From positions 51,797 to 115,796 of the forward strand of contig CAZJPV010000001.1 of NCBI GenBank assembly GCA_964547985.1: DNA of 64,000 nucleotides. Reading direction: 5' to 3'. The notes beneath the pieces are model-generated. The model was not told the DNA's origin, did not search any database, and saw only the letters and a program-made list of their open reading frames with translations. This DNA comes from an uncultured Syntrophaceae bacterium (lineage in GTDB: Bacteria > Desulfobacterota > Syntrophia > Syntrophales > UBA2192). Positions 19,935 through 28,390 of the stretch are shown here, one piece after another. The translations under genes and the position numbers were made by a program. The number at the start of each line of letters is the position of its first letter. Within the stretch, counting starts at the first letter, position 1.

Positions 19935-20015
19935 ATGTCATACAGCAAAGGCAGCCTCCTCGGCTTTTTTAGCTTTTTCGGCTTTTTTGGCGAGGTCTGC
20001 CTGATGCGCTCATGA
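19935..20015 (+). CDS. Phe-rich attenuator leader peptide MSYSKGSLLGFFSFFGFFGEVCLMRS (PheL-like)
   Basis: Translated by hand; 6 Phe codons in three pairs (19965-19988); aaaggga upstream; overlaps the alternative helices. Confidence 0.8.
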   Translation: MSYSKGSLLGFFSFFGFFGEVCLMRS

Positions 20016-20109
20016 CATGAACTTCTGAGAAATTGAGCCGCGGGTAGACCGGAAAAGGGACCGCGGCTTTTTTATAGTTCAAGGCCGTGGGTAATCCCGC
20101 GGCCTTTTT
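19949..20109 (+). promoter_or_regulatory. Ribosome-dependent transcription attenuator with two tandem terminators
   Basis: 1:2 = 19949-58/19992-20002; 2:3 = 19994-20012/20034-50; 3:4 terminator = 20036-43/20061-68 + T6; 5:6 terminator = 20081-91/20096-106 + T-run; 4:5 = 20061-70/20081-90. Confidence 0.8.
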
Positions 20110-20137
20110 AATTTCGTTCATTGAGGAGGGATGAAAG

Positions 20138-21343
20138 ATGAAGAGATATCTTCTTATGACGACCGTTATGGTTATGATGCTTGCGGCACTTTGCCTGCCG
20201 GCGCAGGCATCAGCCGCCGAGATGATCAAGGTCGGCGCCGCTATCAATCTCACGGGCCCCGCTTCGACCTGGGGGCAGTTTCACGCCAAAGGGCAGCAGG
20301 ATTATTTCCGCTACGTCAACGAAGTCAAGGGCGGTGTCGCGGGCAGGAAGATCGACATGGTTCTCGTCGACACGGCTTACAAGGTTTCGGAGGCTGTAAC
20401 AGCGGTCAGAAAATTTGCGACCCAGGACCATGTGGACATGATCGCCACCTGGGGAGCCGGTGAGGGACTCGCCGCAAAACCGATCGTCCAGAAATACAAG
20501 ATACCCACCATCAACTATTCGACGAGCTGGGAGATCCTGGAGGCGCCAATTGAATACATGTATCTCCCCTTCGGGAGCTATCGGCTCGACTGCTACGCTG
20601 TCCTGGAATACATCCGCGCAACCCACAAGGGAGCCGAAACGCCGAAGGTCGGGCTTCTCACCTACAATAACGCCTACGGCCGATCCATCCACAAGCCCAG
20701 CCAGGAATACGCAACGAAAATCGGGGTCAACATCGTCGCCATCGAGGAATTCCCACCCAAGACGGTGGACCTGACCACGGAGCTTTTGCGTCTGAAAAAA
20801 GCGGGGGCGGATTACGTCTTCATGCAGATGCTTCCGGCGACCATCGTCACGGCCTTTAAAAGTGCGGATCGCATGGGTTACAACCCCCAGTTCTTCGGGA
20901 CCTGGACCTCCACGGACCCCGACTTCTTCAAACTGGGGAAAGGACTGATCCGAAATCGATTGAAGATCCAGTTTTCCGGAGGGCTGCCGGCGGATAAATC
21001 GAAGGGGATGGCGCTCATGAGAGATCTGTGGAAGCGCTACAAGACGGTGGATCGTTTCGACGCGGCCTACTGGGAAGGAGTCGTCGTCGGCATGATCATG
21101 GAGAGAGCCTTTCAGCGTGCCCATGAGAAATACGGCAAGGTCAACCGAGAGACGATCAACATGGCCATGGAATCATTCAAGGACGAGGATTTCGGCGGCC
21201 TGATGCCGAAGCTTACCTACACGAAAACGGATCATGAGGGGTCCTTCGCGGGAAGGATCGTGCAGGTGAAAGAGGATGGCAATTTCATTCCCCGGACAAA
21301 CTTCTACAGTCCGGGCAGAGAAAAAATGAAACTTCTGAAATAG
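20138..21343 (+). CDS. ABC transporter substrate-binding protein (LivJ/K-type, HAAT family)
   Basis: Signal peptide; IKVG..NLTGP, YVNEVKGGVAGRKI, YNNAYGR; SD gaggaggg. Confidence 0.9.
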   Translation: MKRYLLMTTVMVMMLAALCLPAQASAAEMIKVGAAINLTGPASTWGQFHAKGQQDYFRYVNEVKGGVAGRKIDMVLVDTAYKVSEAVTAVRKFATQDHVDMIATWGAGEGLAAKPIVQKYKIPTINYSTSWEILEAPIEYMYLPFGSYRLDCYAVLEYIRATHKGAETPKVGLLTYNNAYGRSIHKPSQEYATKIGVNIVAIEEFPPKTVDLTTELLRLKKAGADYVFMQMLPATIVTAFKSADRMGYNPQFFGTWTSTDPDFFKLGKGLIRNRLKIQFSGGLPADKSKGMALMRDLWKRYKTVDRFDAAYWEGVVVGMIMERAFQRAHEKYGKVNRETINMAMESFKDEDFGGLMPKLTYTKTDHEGSFAGRIVQVKEDGNFIPRTNFYSPGREKMKLLK

Positions 21344-21359
21344 CGGGGCCCGAGTATTC

Positions 21360-22205
21360 ATGAAGGCATTTCGAGGTCAGCCCAGCATTTATGCGGAGAC
21401 GTTGAACCAGGAAAGAAAGGCCGAGCTTTTCGTGAAGGGTTTGACGCTTCGCTTCGGCGGGGTCGTGGCACTGAGTGCCATCGACCTGGACGTCCAAACA
21501 GGCGAACTCGTCTCTATCATCGGTCCCAACGGTGCGGGGAAGACCAGTCTCCTCAACTGCATCACGGGTTACTATCGGGGTCAGGAGGGGCAGATTCTTT
21601 TCAATGCCAAGGACATCACGAGTCTACCGACCCACAGTCTGATCGAACATGGCATCGGAAGGACTTTTCAGAACATCGAGCTTTTTCCCGGCATGACGGT
21701 TCTTTCCAATCTCCTGCTCGCCCGCCATGTCCACTGTCGCTATCCATTCGGACAGGCGGCCTTCTTCACGAAGAAAGTCAGACAGGAGGAGGTCCGGCAT
21801 CGGGAGGTCCTCGAGGAGATCATCGATTTTCTGGAGATTCAGCCGATTCGGCACAAACTGGTGGGCTCACTCCCCTACGGGCTCCGGAAGCGATTGGAGC
21901 TGGGCAGGGCCCTGGCACTGGAGCCCAAACTTCTCATTCTGGATGAGCCCTTTGCAGGGATGAACCTCGAAGAAAAGGAAGACATGGTCCGCTTCCTTGT
22001 CGAACTGAACGAAACCTGGCGTCAGACGATGATCCTGGTCGAACATGACATGTCGATCGTGATGAGCATATCGAAAAGAGTAACCGTACTTAATTTCGGT
22101 GTGAAAATCGCAGAGGGATCACCGGAGCATGTCCAGTCGCACCCGGAAGTCGTTCGGGCCTATCTCGGCGGAGACGGGGAAAGAGGTACAGGGGAGGGCG
22201 GCTGA
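21360..22205 (+). CDS. ABC transporter ATP-binding protein (LivG-like)
   Basis: GPNGAGKTS, RTFQNIELF, LPYG, LILDEP, VEHDM, VVRAYLG. Confidence 0.92.
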   Translation: MKAFRGQPSIYAETLNQERKAELFVKGLTLRFGGVVALSAIDLDVQTGELVSIIGPNGAGKTSLLNCITGYYRGQEGQILFNAKDITSLPTHSLIEHGIGRTFQNIELFPGMTVLSNLLLARHVHCRYPFGQAAFFTKKVRQEEVRHREVLEEIIDFLEIQPIRHKLVGSLPYGLRKRLELGRALALEPKLLILDEPFAGMNLEEKEDMVRFLVELNETWRQTMILVEHDMSIVMSISKRVTVLNFGVKIAEGSPEHVQSHPEVVRAYLGGDGERGTGEGG

Positions 22206-22209
22206 ATCG

Positions 22210-24156
22210 ATGGCAAAAGCTGCAGATCTGATCAGGGTGGCTCCCGATGTCCTTGTATCATTCGGGCGTCTCACCCTTCCGCAGGTCCTGGCCGATCAGG
22301 CCAGAAGGATGGACCCTTCACGGGTTGCCATCCGTGAGAAGGCCTACGGCATCTGGAAAACCTACAATTGGCAGACCTACCTGGACTATGTCCGTCAGAC
22401 GGCCCTCGGTCTCGCCTCCCTGGGACTTCGCAGGGGTGAAAACATCGGCATCGTCACAAACAATCACCCGGAGTGGCTTTTCAGCGAGGTCGGTGGGCAA
22501 TCGGCGGGGGCCGTCACCATGAATCTCTTCACCTCGTCGGCTCCCGAGGAACTGGCAACGGCTCTGAGCCGGATCAGGGCGACCATCGTCATTGTCCAGG
22601 ACCAGGAACAGGTGGACAAGCTCCTGGAGATGAAGGCCAGACTGGGCCATATCCGGCAGGTCATCTACGTCGACCCCACCGGGATGCGAAGATATGTAAA
22701 CGATCCATGGCTCATTTCCTACAGCGAGCTTCTGGACCGGGGCAGAAGACTCGACCTCGAGGAACCGGAACGATTTTCCAGGGAACTGGCCCGTGGGAAG
22801 GCAGGTGACGTAGCCCTCATGATCCAGACCTCCGGCACGACGGGCATCCCGAAGCTCGCCATGCTCAGTCACCGCAGCTTTACCGAGATGGCCCGTCAAT
22901 GGCTCGAGACGGCGCCCATCGGCATCGGGTCCAACTGGATCTCCATCACGCCACCCGCCTGGATCGTCGATCAGATGTGGGGCGTCGGGATAACCCTCGC
23001 CGGCGGCATGACCATGAATTTCCCCGAAACTCTGGAGACGGTGGATGAGGATTTCCGTGAAATCGGCCCCTCCGTGATCATCACCTCCTCCCGTTTCTGG
23101 GAGGATCTGGCTTCGAAAATCCGGGTCAAGATGGACGATGCCGGATGGGTCAAAAAAAAGATTTTCAAAATCGCTGAAAGGATCGGAATGAAGGTCGTGG
23201 ACCTCGAGTCCCGCAAAGAGTCCATCCCCGCCTGTCTCGGGTTTCTCAACGCCGTGGCCTCCCGGCTCGCCTTCCAACCCCTTTTGGACCGCGTGGGCTG
23301 CTCGCAGATGGTCAGCGCCTACACGGGGGGTCATCCGATCAGCCCTCAGGTGATCCGGTTCTTCCGGGCCATCGGTCTCAACCTCAAGCAGTGTTATGGC
23401 CTGACGGAATCGGGGGGCATCTTCCAGGTCCAGCCCGACGGGGAGTTCAAGCTCGAGACGGTTGGGAAACCCCTGCCGCGGACGGAGGTGCGGCTCTCCC
23501 CCGACCAGGAAGTCCTCGTCAAGAGCCATTCGGTCTTCGTCGGCTATTACAATGACTATCAGGCCACCGAAGCGGCATTCACGAACGGCTGGCTCCGGAC
23601 CGGTGATGCCGGATATCTGGACGAAGATGGTCATCTTCTGATCATCGGGAGAAAGGAAGACATTATCCGCAACAAGCAGGGAGCGGCATTTTCGCCCGAT
23701 TTTGTCGAGACGCGCCTGAAATTCAGCCCCTATATCAAGGAAGCGGTTGTTTTCGGCGAAAGCCGGCCCTATCTCACGGCGCTCGTCAATATCGACATGG
23801 GAAACGTGGGCAACTGGGCGGAAGACCGCATGATCCCCTACACGACCTACACGGACCTCACGCAGCAGATGGAGGTGGAAAAACTCATCCACGGCGAGGT
23901 TCAGGAGGTCAACGGGCAGCTTCCCGACCCCATGAAGATCCGCAAGTTCATTCTGCTCTACAAGCTCCTCGATGCCGATGACGAGGAATTGACGCGGACC
24001 GGAAAAGTGCGCAGGCGATTTGTTTACGGCCTCTATATCAAGCTGATCGAGGCCATGTACGAAAATAAGGATTCCCTGGAAGTCCGGGGGCAGGTCCGTT
24101 ATCGCGACGGACAGGTCGGCACACTGGAAACCAGGGTTCGGGTGATCACGACATAG
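22210..24156 (+). CDS. AMP-forming acyl-CoA synthetase (long-chain-type ANL family)
   Basis: TSGTTGIPK, YGLTE, GWLRTGDAG, ELTRTGKVRR. Confidence 0.9.
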   Translation: MAKAADLIRVAPDVLVSFGRLTLPQVLADQARRMDPSRVAIREKAYGIWKTYNWQTYLDYVRQTALGLASLGLRRGENIGIVTNNHPEWLFSEVGGQSAGAVTMNLFTSSAPEELATALSRIRATIVIVQDQEQVDKLLEMKARLGHIRQVIYVDPTGMRRYVNDPWLISYSELLDRGRRLDLEEPERFSRELARGKAGDVALMIQTSGTTGIPKLAMLSHRSFTEMARQWLETAPIGIGSNWISITPPAWIVDQMWGVGITLAGGMTMNFPETLETVDEDFREIGPSVIITSSRFWEDLASKIRVKMDDAGWVKKKIFKIAERIGMKVVDLESRKESIPACLGFLNAVASRLAFQPLLDRVGCSQMVSAYTGGHPISPQVIRFFRAIGLNLKQCYGLTESGGIFQVQPDGEFKLETVGKPLPRTEVRLSPDQEVLVKSHSVFVGYYNDYQATEAAFTNGWLRTGDAGYLDEDGHLLIIGRKEDIIRNKQGAAFSPDFVETRLKFSPYIKEAVVFGESRPYLTALVNIDMGNVGNWAEDRMIPYTTYTDLTQQMEVEKLIHGEVQEVNGQLPDPMKIRKFILLYKLLDADDEELTRTGKVRRRFVYGLYIKLIEAMYENKDSLEVRGQVRYRDGQVGTLETRVRVITT

Positions 24157-24171
24157 AAAGGTGTGACCGGT

Positions 24172-25050
24172 ATGGACTTCTTTATTCAACTTCTGGTGAA
24201 CGGCATCAGCATCGGTTTCCTCTACGGCCTCTCCGCCATGGGATTCGTGATGATCTTCAAGGCATCGAGTGTCCTCAATTTCGCGCACGGCGAGCTTTTG
24301 GCCCTAGGGGCCTTTTTGTTCCTTGCCCTCGTGACGTGGGCGGAGCTTCCCGTGGCGGCCGCCTTCATCTTGACCCTGGCCGGGACGTTCGTGTTCGGTT
24401 TTATTGTTGAACGCCTCTTTCTCCGCCCGCTCATCGGGGAACCCCTGATCGAGATCATCATGCTGACCGTGGGGCTTGCCGCCATGTTCAAAGGCGCACT
24501 TCTTCTCATCTGGGGCGGGAATCTTTATACCTATCCCGATCTATTACCCGAGTTTCTCGCATGGAGCTGGGGCGTCGTTCAGGTGCCACCGGTTTATGTC
24601 TCGGCTATTTTCATGGGCATCGTCTTCCTTTTGCTCTTCGGGCTCTTCTTCAAATACTCCTCCCAGGGGATCTACATGCGCTCCGTGGCGGATAACCAGC
24701 CGGCGGCTCTCTCCCTGGGTGTTCACGTGCGGCGGGTTTTCGCCCTGTCGTGGGCGATCGCGGCCCTGGTGGCGGGAATCAGCGGGATCATCCTCGGTCT
24801 CATCAACGGCATCAACGTCCACGAGTTGAGCTCCATCGGCCTCAAGGTCTTTCCCGTGGTCATTCTCGGCGGGCTCGACAGCATCAGCGGGGCCATCATC
24901 GGCGGTATTATCATCGGTCTGCTGGAGACCATGACGGGAGGCTATCTGTCACCGTCGCTGCGGGACGTGATTCCCTACATCGCTCTGGTCGCGATTCTGC
25001 TGGTCCGGCCCTATGGACTCTTCGGTCTCGTGGAAATCGAGCGGGTTTGA
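24172..25050 (+). CDS. ABC transporter permease (LivH-like)
   Basis: VLNFAHGE, GIYMRSVADN, VILGGLDS, VRPYGLFG. Confidence 0.92.
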   Translation: MDFFIQLLVNGISIGFLYGLSAMGFVMIFKASSVLNFAHGELLALGAFLFLALVTWAELPVAAAFILTLAGTFVFGFIVERLFLRPLIGEPLIEIIMLTVGLAAMFKGALLLIWGGNLYTYPDLLPEFLAWSWGVVQVPPVYVSAIFMGIVFLLLFGLFFKYSSQGIYMRSVADNQPAALSLGVHVRRVFALSWAIAALVAGISGIILGLINGINVHELSSIGLKVFPVVILGGLDSISGAIIGGIIIGLLETMTGGYLSPSLRDVIPYIALVAILLVRPYGLFGLVEIERV

Positions 25051-25064
25051 GGGGAGGCTGGAAA

Positions 25065-26138
25065 ATGCTTCGAAGATTCAGGTTCCATCCCTGCGGTAAC
25101 TACAGGGACCATTACGAAAAGGAGCTTACGATTTTCGAGACGGACTTCGGCCGCCTCTGGATGACCATCGGCCTCTGTGTGCTTTTCGGCCTCGTGCCCT
25201 TTCTGCTGGGTTCCTATCCGCTTTACATTATCAATATGATCGGTATAGCCGCCATCGCGGCTTTGGGACTCAACATCCTCGTGGGATACACAGGGCTCAT
25301 CTCCCTGGGACACGGGGCCTTCTTCGGCGTGGGCGCTTATGCCGCAGCCATTCTCGCGACGGAATGGAACTTTCCGATCCTTCTCGCACTTCCCGCCGCG
25401 GGCCTTATAACGGCGCTGGTGGGCATGATCTTCGGCCTGCCCTCCGTGCGGTTGAAAGGGCTTTATCTCACTATTGCCACCCTGGCCGGCCAGTTCATTA
25501 TTGAATATATCCTCCTCCACTGGGAGGGTCTCACCAAGGGCACCATGGGCATCATCCTCCCCGAGGCAGGGATCTTCGGCTTAACCGTAACCGGTGACAG
25601 GGGTTATTTCTTCCTGATTTATCTCTGCCTCGTCCTGATGACGTGGCTTGCCGTAAATCTCGTGCGTACGAAGTTCGGAAGGGCTTTCATCGCCATCCGG
25701 GACAACGACCGTGCCGCAGAGGGGATGGGCATCCCCGTCTTCCGTTACAAGCTTCTTTCCTTCGGGATCAGCTCGTTCTACGCGGGGCTCGCAGGCGCCC
25801 TTTTTGCCTATTACATGATCAGCATTACCACGGAACCATTCAATCTCATGCTTTCCGTCGAATACATCGCCATGATTATTATCGGGGGCCTCGGCAGCAT
25901 CACGGGGACCATTTTCGGGGCCATCTTCATCACCGGGCTGAACGAAGCCCTGCGGTGGTACACAGACTGGCTCATCAACGTGGGGGGTATTACCGGTGTG
26001 GAGCTCACGGTTGCTCCCCTGAGGGAGTTTGCCTTCGGTCTGGCCATAGTACTTTTCATTCTTTTCGAGCCCAAGGGCTTGGCGGAGCTCTGGCGAATCA
26101 TCCGCTCCAGTTTCAGACTCTGGCCCTTTTCCTATTGA
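25065..26138 (+). CDS. ABC transporter permease (LivM-like)
   Basis: GYTGLISLGHGAF, RLKGLYLTIATL, GRAFIAIRDN, IIGGLGS; SD ggggagg before ATG 25065. Confidence 0.92.
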   Translation: MLRRFRFHPCGNYRDHYEKELTIFETDFGRLWMTIGLCVLFGLVPFLLGSYPLYIINMIGIAAIAALGLNILVGYTGLISLGHGAFFGVGAYAAAILATEWNFPILLALPAAGLITALVGMIFGLPSVRLKGLYLTIATLAGQFIIEYILLHWEGLTKGTMGIILPEAGIFGLTVTGDRGYFFLIYLCLVLMTWLAVNLVRTKFGRAFIAIRDNDRAAEGMGIPVFRYKLLSFGISSFYAGLAGALFAYYMISITTEPFNLMLSVEYIAMIIIGGLGSITGTIFGAIFITGLNEALRWYTDWLINVGGITGVELTVAPLREFAFGLAIVLFILFEPKGLAELWRIIRSSFRLWPFSY

Positions 26139-26147
26139 GGTGCCTTC

Positions 26148-26951
26148 GTGAACGACAAGATCCTATTACAGATCAACAACATCGGCGTCGTATATTCTGA
26201 CGTGATTCAAGTCCTGAAAGGCGTTTCGCTATCCGTGCCGGAAAACCGGATCATCTCGCTTTTGGGGAGCAACGGCGCCGGAAAGTCCACCACCCTCAAG
26301 GCCATTTCGGGCCTCCTCAAGACTGAAAACGGCAAGGTCACGGAGGGCTCCATTCTTTACGACGGGACCGAGATTCACAACCTTCCGCCCGAGACAATCA
26401 CCCGCCAGGGGATCATCCAGGTCCTGGAGGGTCGACAGCCTTTTAAATACCTCACCATCGAAGAGAATCTCCGTGTGGGGACGGCCACTCGCTTCGGGAA
26501 ACCTTACAAGGAAGACCTGGATCTGGTGTATGCCTATTTCCCGGTCCTGGTGAAACGGAGAAAGACCCTTGCGGGTTACTGCAGCGGCGGGGAGCTTCAG
26601 ATGCTCGTCATCGGCCGAGCTCTCATGGCCCACCCAAAGCTTCTGCTCCTCGATGAACCTTCGCTGGGGCTCGCACCGATGGTGGTTCAGGAAATCTTCA
26701 GGATCATCCGGCGCATTAACGAAGAGCAGGGGACGACCATTGTCCTTGTCGAGCAAAACGCCAACATGGCCCTTCAGATCGCCCATCGCGGCTATGTGAT
26801 GGAAAACGGCAAGATCGTCATGGAGGGCGATGCTGCCGAGTTGCGAGAAAACCCGGATGTCAAGGAATTCTATCTCGGCATGGGCGCGACGGGGATAGCG
26901 AAATCTTACCAGGATGTGAAGGCCTATAAGCGAAGAAAGAGGTGGCTCTAA
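26148..26951 (+). CDS. ABC transporter ATP-binding protein (LivF-like)
   Basis: GSNGAGKST, SGGELQML, LLDEPSLGLAP, EQNA, VKEFYLG. Confidence 0.92.
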   Translation: MNDKILLQINNIGVVYSDVIQVLKGVSLSVPENRIISLLGSNGAGKSTTLKAISGLLKTENGKVTEGSILYDGTEIHNLPPETITRQGIIQVLEGRQPFKYLTIEENLRVGTATRFGKPYKEDLDLVYAYFPVLVKRRKTLAGYCSGGELQMLVIGRALMAHPKLLLLDEPSLGLAPMVVQEIFRIIRRINEEQGTTIVLVEQNANMALQIAHRGYVMENGKIVMEGDAAELRENPDVKEFYLGMGATGIAKSYQDVKAYKRRKRWL

Positions 26952-26953
26952 AA

Positions 26954-27062
26954 GGTCTATTTGGTCTGTTTAGTCTCTTCAGTCTGTCTGGTCACTAGGT
27001 CCGGACAGGATAGTCATCTTACGACAAAATAGACCAGAAAGACGAAAAAGACCAGATAGACC
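26954..27062. repeat. 9-nt periodic repeat array forming a 40-bp imperfect inverted repeat
   Basis: Left arm 26954-26993 (ggtctattt/ggtctgttt/agtctcttc/agtctgtct) and right arm 27023-27062; 30/40 matches counted by hand. Confidence 0.75.
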
Positions 27063-27088
27063 CATCAGGCGTGAACAGGGAGGTGGAA

Positions 27089-28348
27089 ATGAAAATAGGG
27101 GGGACCCGGCGAGTCTTTTACGACGAGAAAGAGACGAGGTCGATCGCGAGGAGGAAACGTGACCAGAATACAAAACTGGCCCGGATGATCCGGAGGGCCT
27201 ATGAAAAATCGAAGGGCTACCGTAAGATGCTCGATGATCACGGGATTGACCCATCAAAGATCCGGTCGGTAAAGGATCTGGAGAGGCTACCGGTCATTTC
27301 CCGACCAAAACTCATCGAGATGGAAATGGGAGATCCCCCTTACGGAGGATTCGAAAACCCGACAGCGGCCGTCGATCGGGTTTTTATCTCGCCCGGTCCC
27401 GTCTACGAGCCCCACCTCCCGGAAGACGACCCCCTGTGGGCACGGGCTTACTGGGCCGCGGGCTTCAGGCCGGGTGACATCGTCCTCAACGCCTTTTCTT
27501 ACCACCTCGTCGCTGCGGGTCTCACCTTCCACGGCGGACTTCGCCGGGTCGGCGCCACCGTCATTCCCTCCGGAACGACAAGCAGTGACATTCAGGTTCA
27601 GCTCCTGCGCGATCTCAGGATCACAGGCTTTACGGGGACACCCAGTTTTCTTGCGGCCCTCATCAAACGCGCCGAGGAACTCGGTTTTGATTTCCGGAAA
27701 GACTTCACGCTCCGGCGTTCGAGCTTCGCAGCCGAGCCGTTGGAAGCCTCGCTCCGCAGACGTTTCGAACAGGACTACAGCATCGACACCTATCAAATGT
27801 ATGGCGCCACAGAGGTGGGCGATGTGGCTTACGAGTGTCCGGAAAAAAAGGGGTGGCACATTTGTGAAGAGGTCATCGTCGAGATCGTCGATCCGGAGAC
27901 GGGAAAAGCCGTTTCGAACAATGAGCTGGGAGAGGTTGTTGTCACGAGACCGAACGACATATTCTATCTCTTCCGTTTTGCCACCGGTGACCTCTCATCC
28001 ATCATCGAAGAACCCTGTCCCTGCGGAAGGACCTCCCATCGGCTGAACGGCATCACCGGCAGGGTAGGGGACGCCGTCAAGGTCCGGGGGATGTTCGTCA
28101 CGCCAAGCCAGCTCAAGAAAATCGGGGAGCTACTGCCGGGGATTAAATTCCAGTTAGGGGTTGATCGTAGGGCGCACAGGGACATCCTGAAGGTTCATCT
28201 GGAAAGAACGGGAGACGAGGCGGCACTGCGGTCACGGTTCGAAAAGGCCTTCCGGAATCTTTGCACTGTGAGCATTGATGAATGTGAATGGGTCGAAACC
28301 GGGACGCTGGATGGCGATCTCATAAAGGATCGCCGTCACTGGAAATAG
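27089..28348 (+). CDS. Phenylacetate-CoA ligase (PaaK)-like adenylate-forming protein with divergent P-loop
   Basis: PaaK-type N-terminus (IRSVKDLERLP), GFRPGD, YGATEVG, EIVDPETG, RFATGD, GRVGDAVKVRGMFV; FISPGPVYEP in place of SSGTTG. Confidence 0.8.
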   Translation: MKIGGTRRVFYDEKETRSIARRKRDQNTKLARMIRRAYEKSKGYRKMLDDHGIDPSKIRSVKDLERLPVISRPKLIEMEMGDPPYGGFENPTAAVDRVFISPGPVYEPHLPEDDPLWARAYWAAGFRPGDIVLNAFSYHLVAAGLTFHGGLRRVGATVIPSGTTSSDIQVQLLRDLRITGFTGTPSFLAALIKRAEELGFDFRKDFTLRRSSFAAEPLEASLRRRFEQDYSIDTYQMYGATEVGDVAYECPEKKGWHICEEVIVEIVDPETGKAVSNNELGEVVVTRPNDIFYLFRFATGDLSSIIEEPCPCGRTSHRLNGITGRVGDAVKVRGMFVTPSQLKKIGELLPGIKFQLGVDRRAHRDILKVHLERTGDEAALRSRFEKAFRNLCTVSIDECEWVETGTLDGDLIKDRRHWK

Positions 28349-28390
28349 CCTGATGGGACCAATGCCAAATAAGCTATTTATTACGATAAC

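Noticed and set aside
20051-20073. T-box riboswitch reading of the ABC leader (ACCGCG before the U-tract)
   Set aside because: Lacks the GGTGG of the T-box bulge and a Stem I specifier; the leader-peptide model explains the helices better.
22318-24288. 656-aa antisense ORF (similar ones at 61611-63605 and 11470-13026)
   Set aside because: Shadow frames opposite well-supported genes, expected with GC-rich third positions; no recognisable motifs.
24750-25064. N-terminal extension of the 462-aa livM ORF
   Set aside because: Overlaps livH in another frame; the real start is ATG 25065 with a strong SD.
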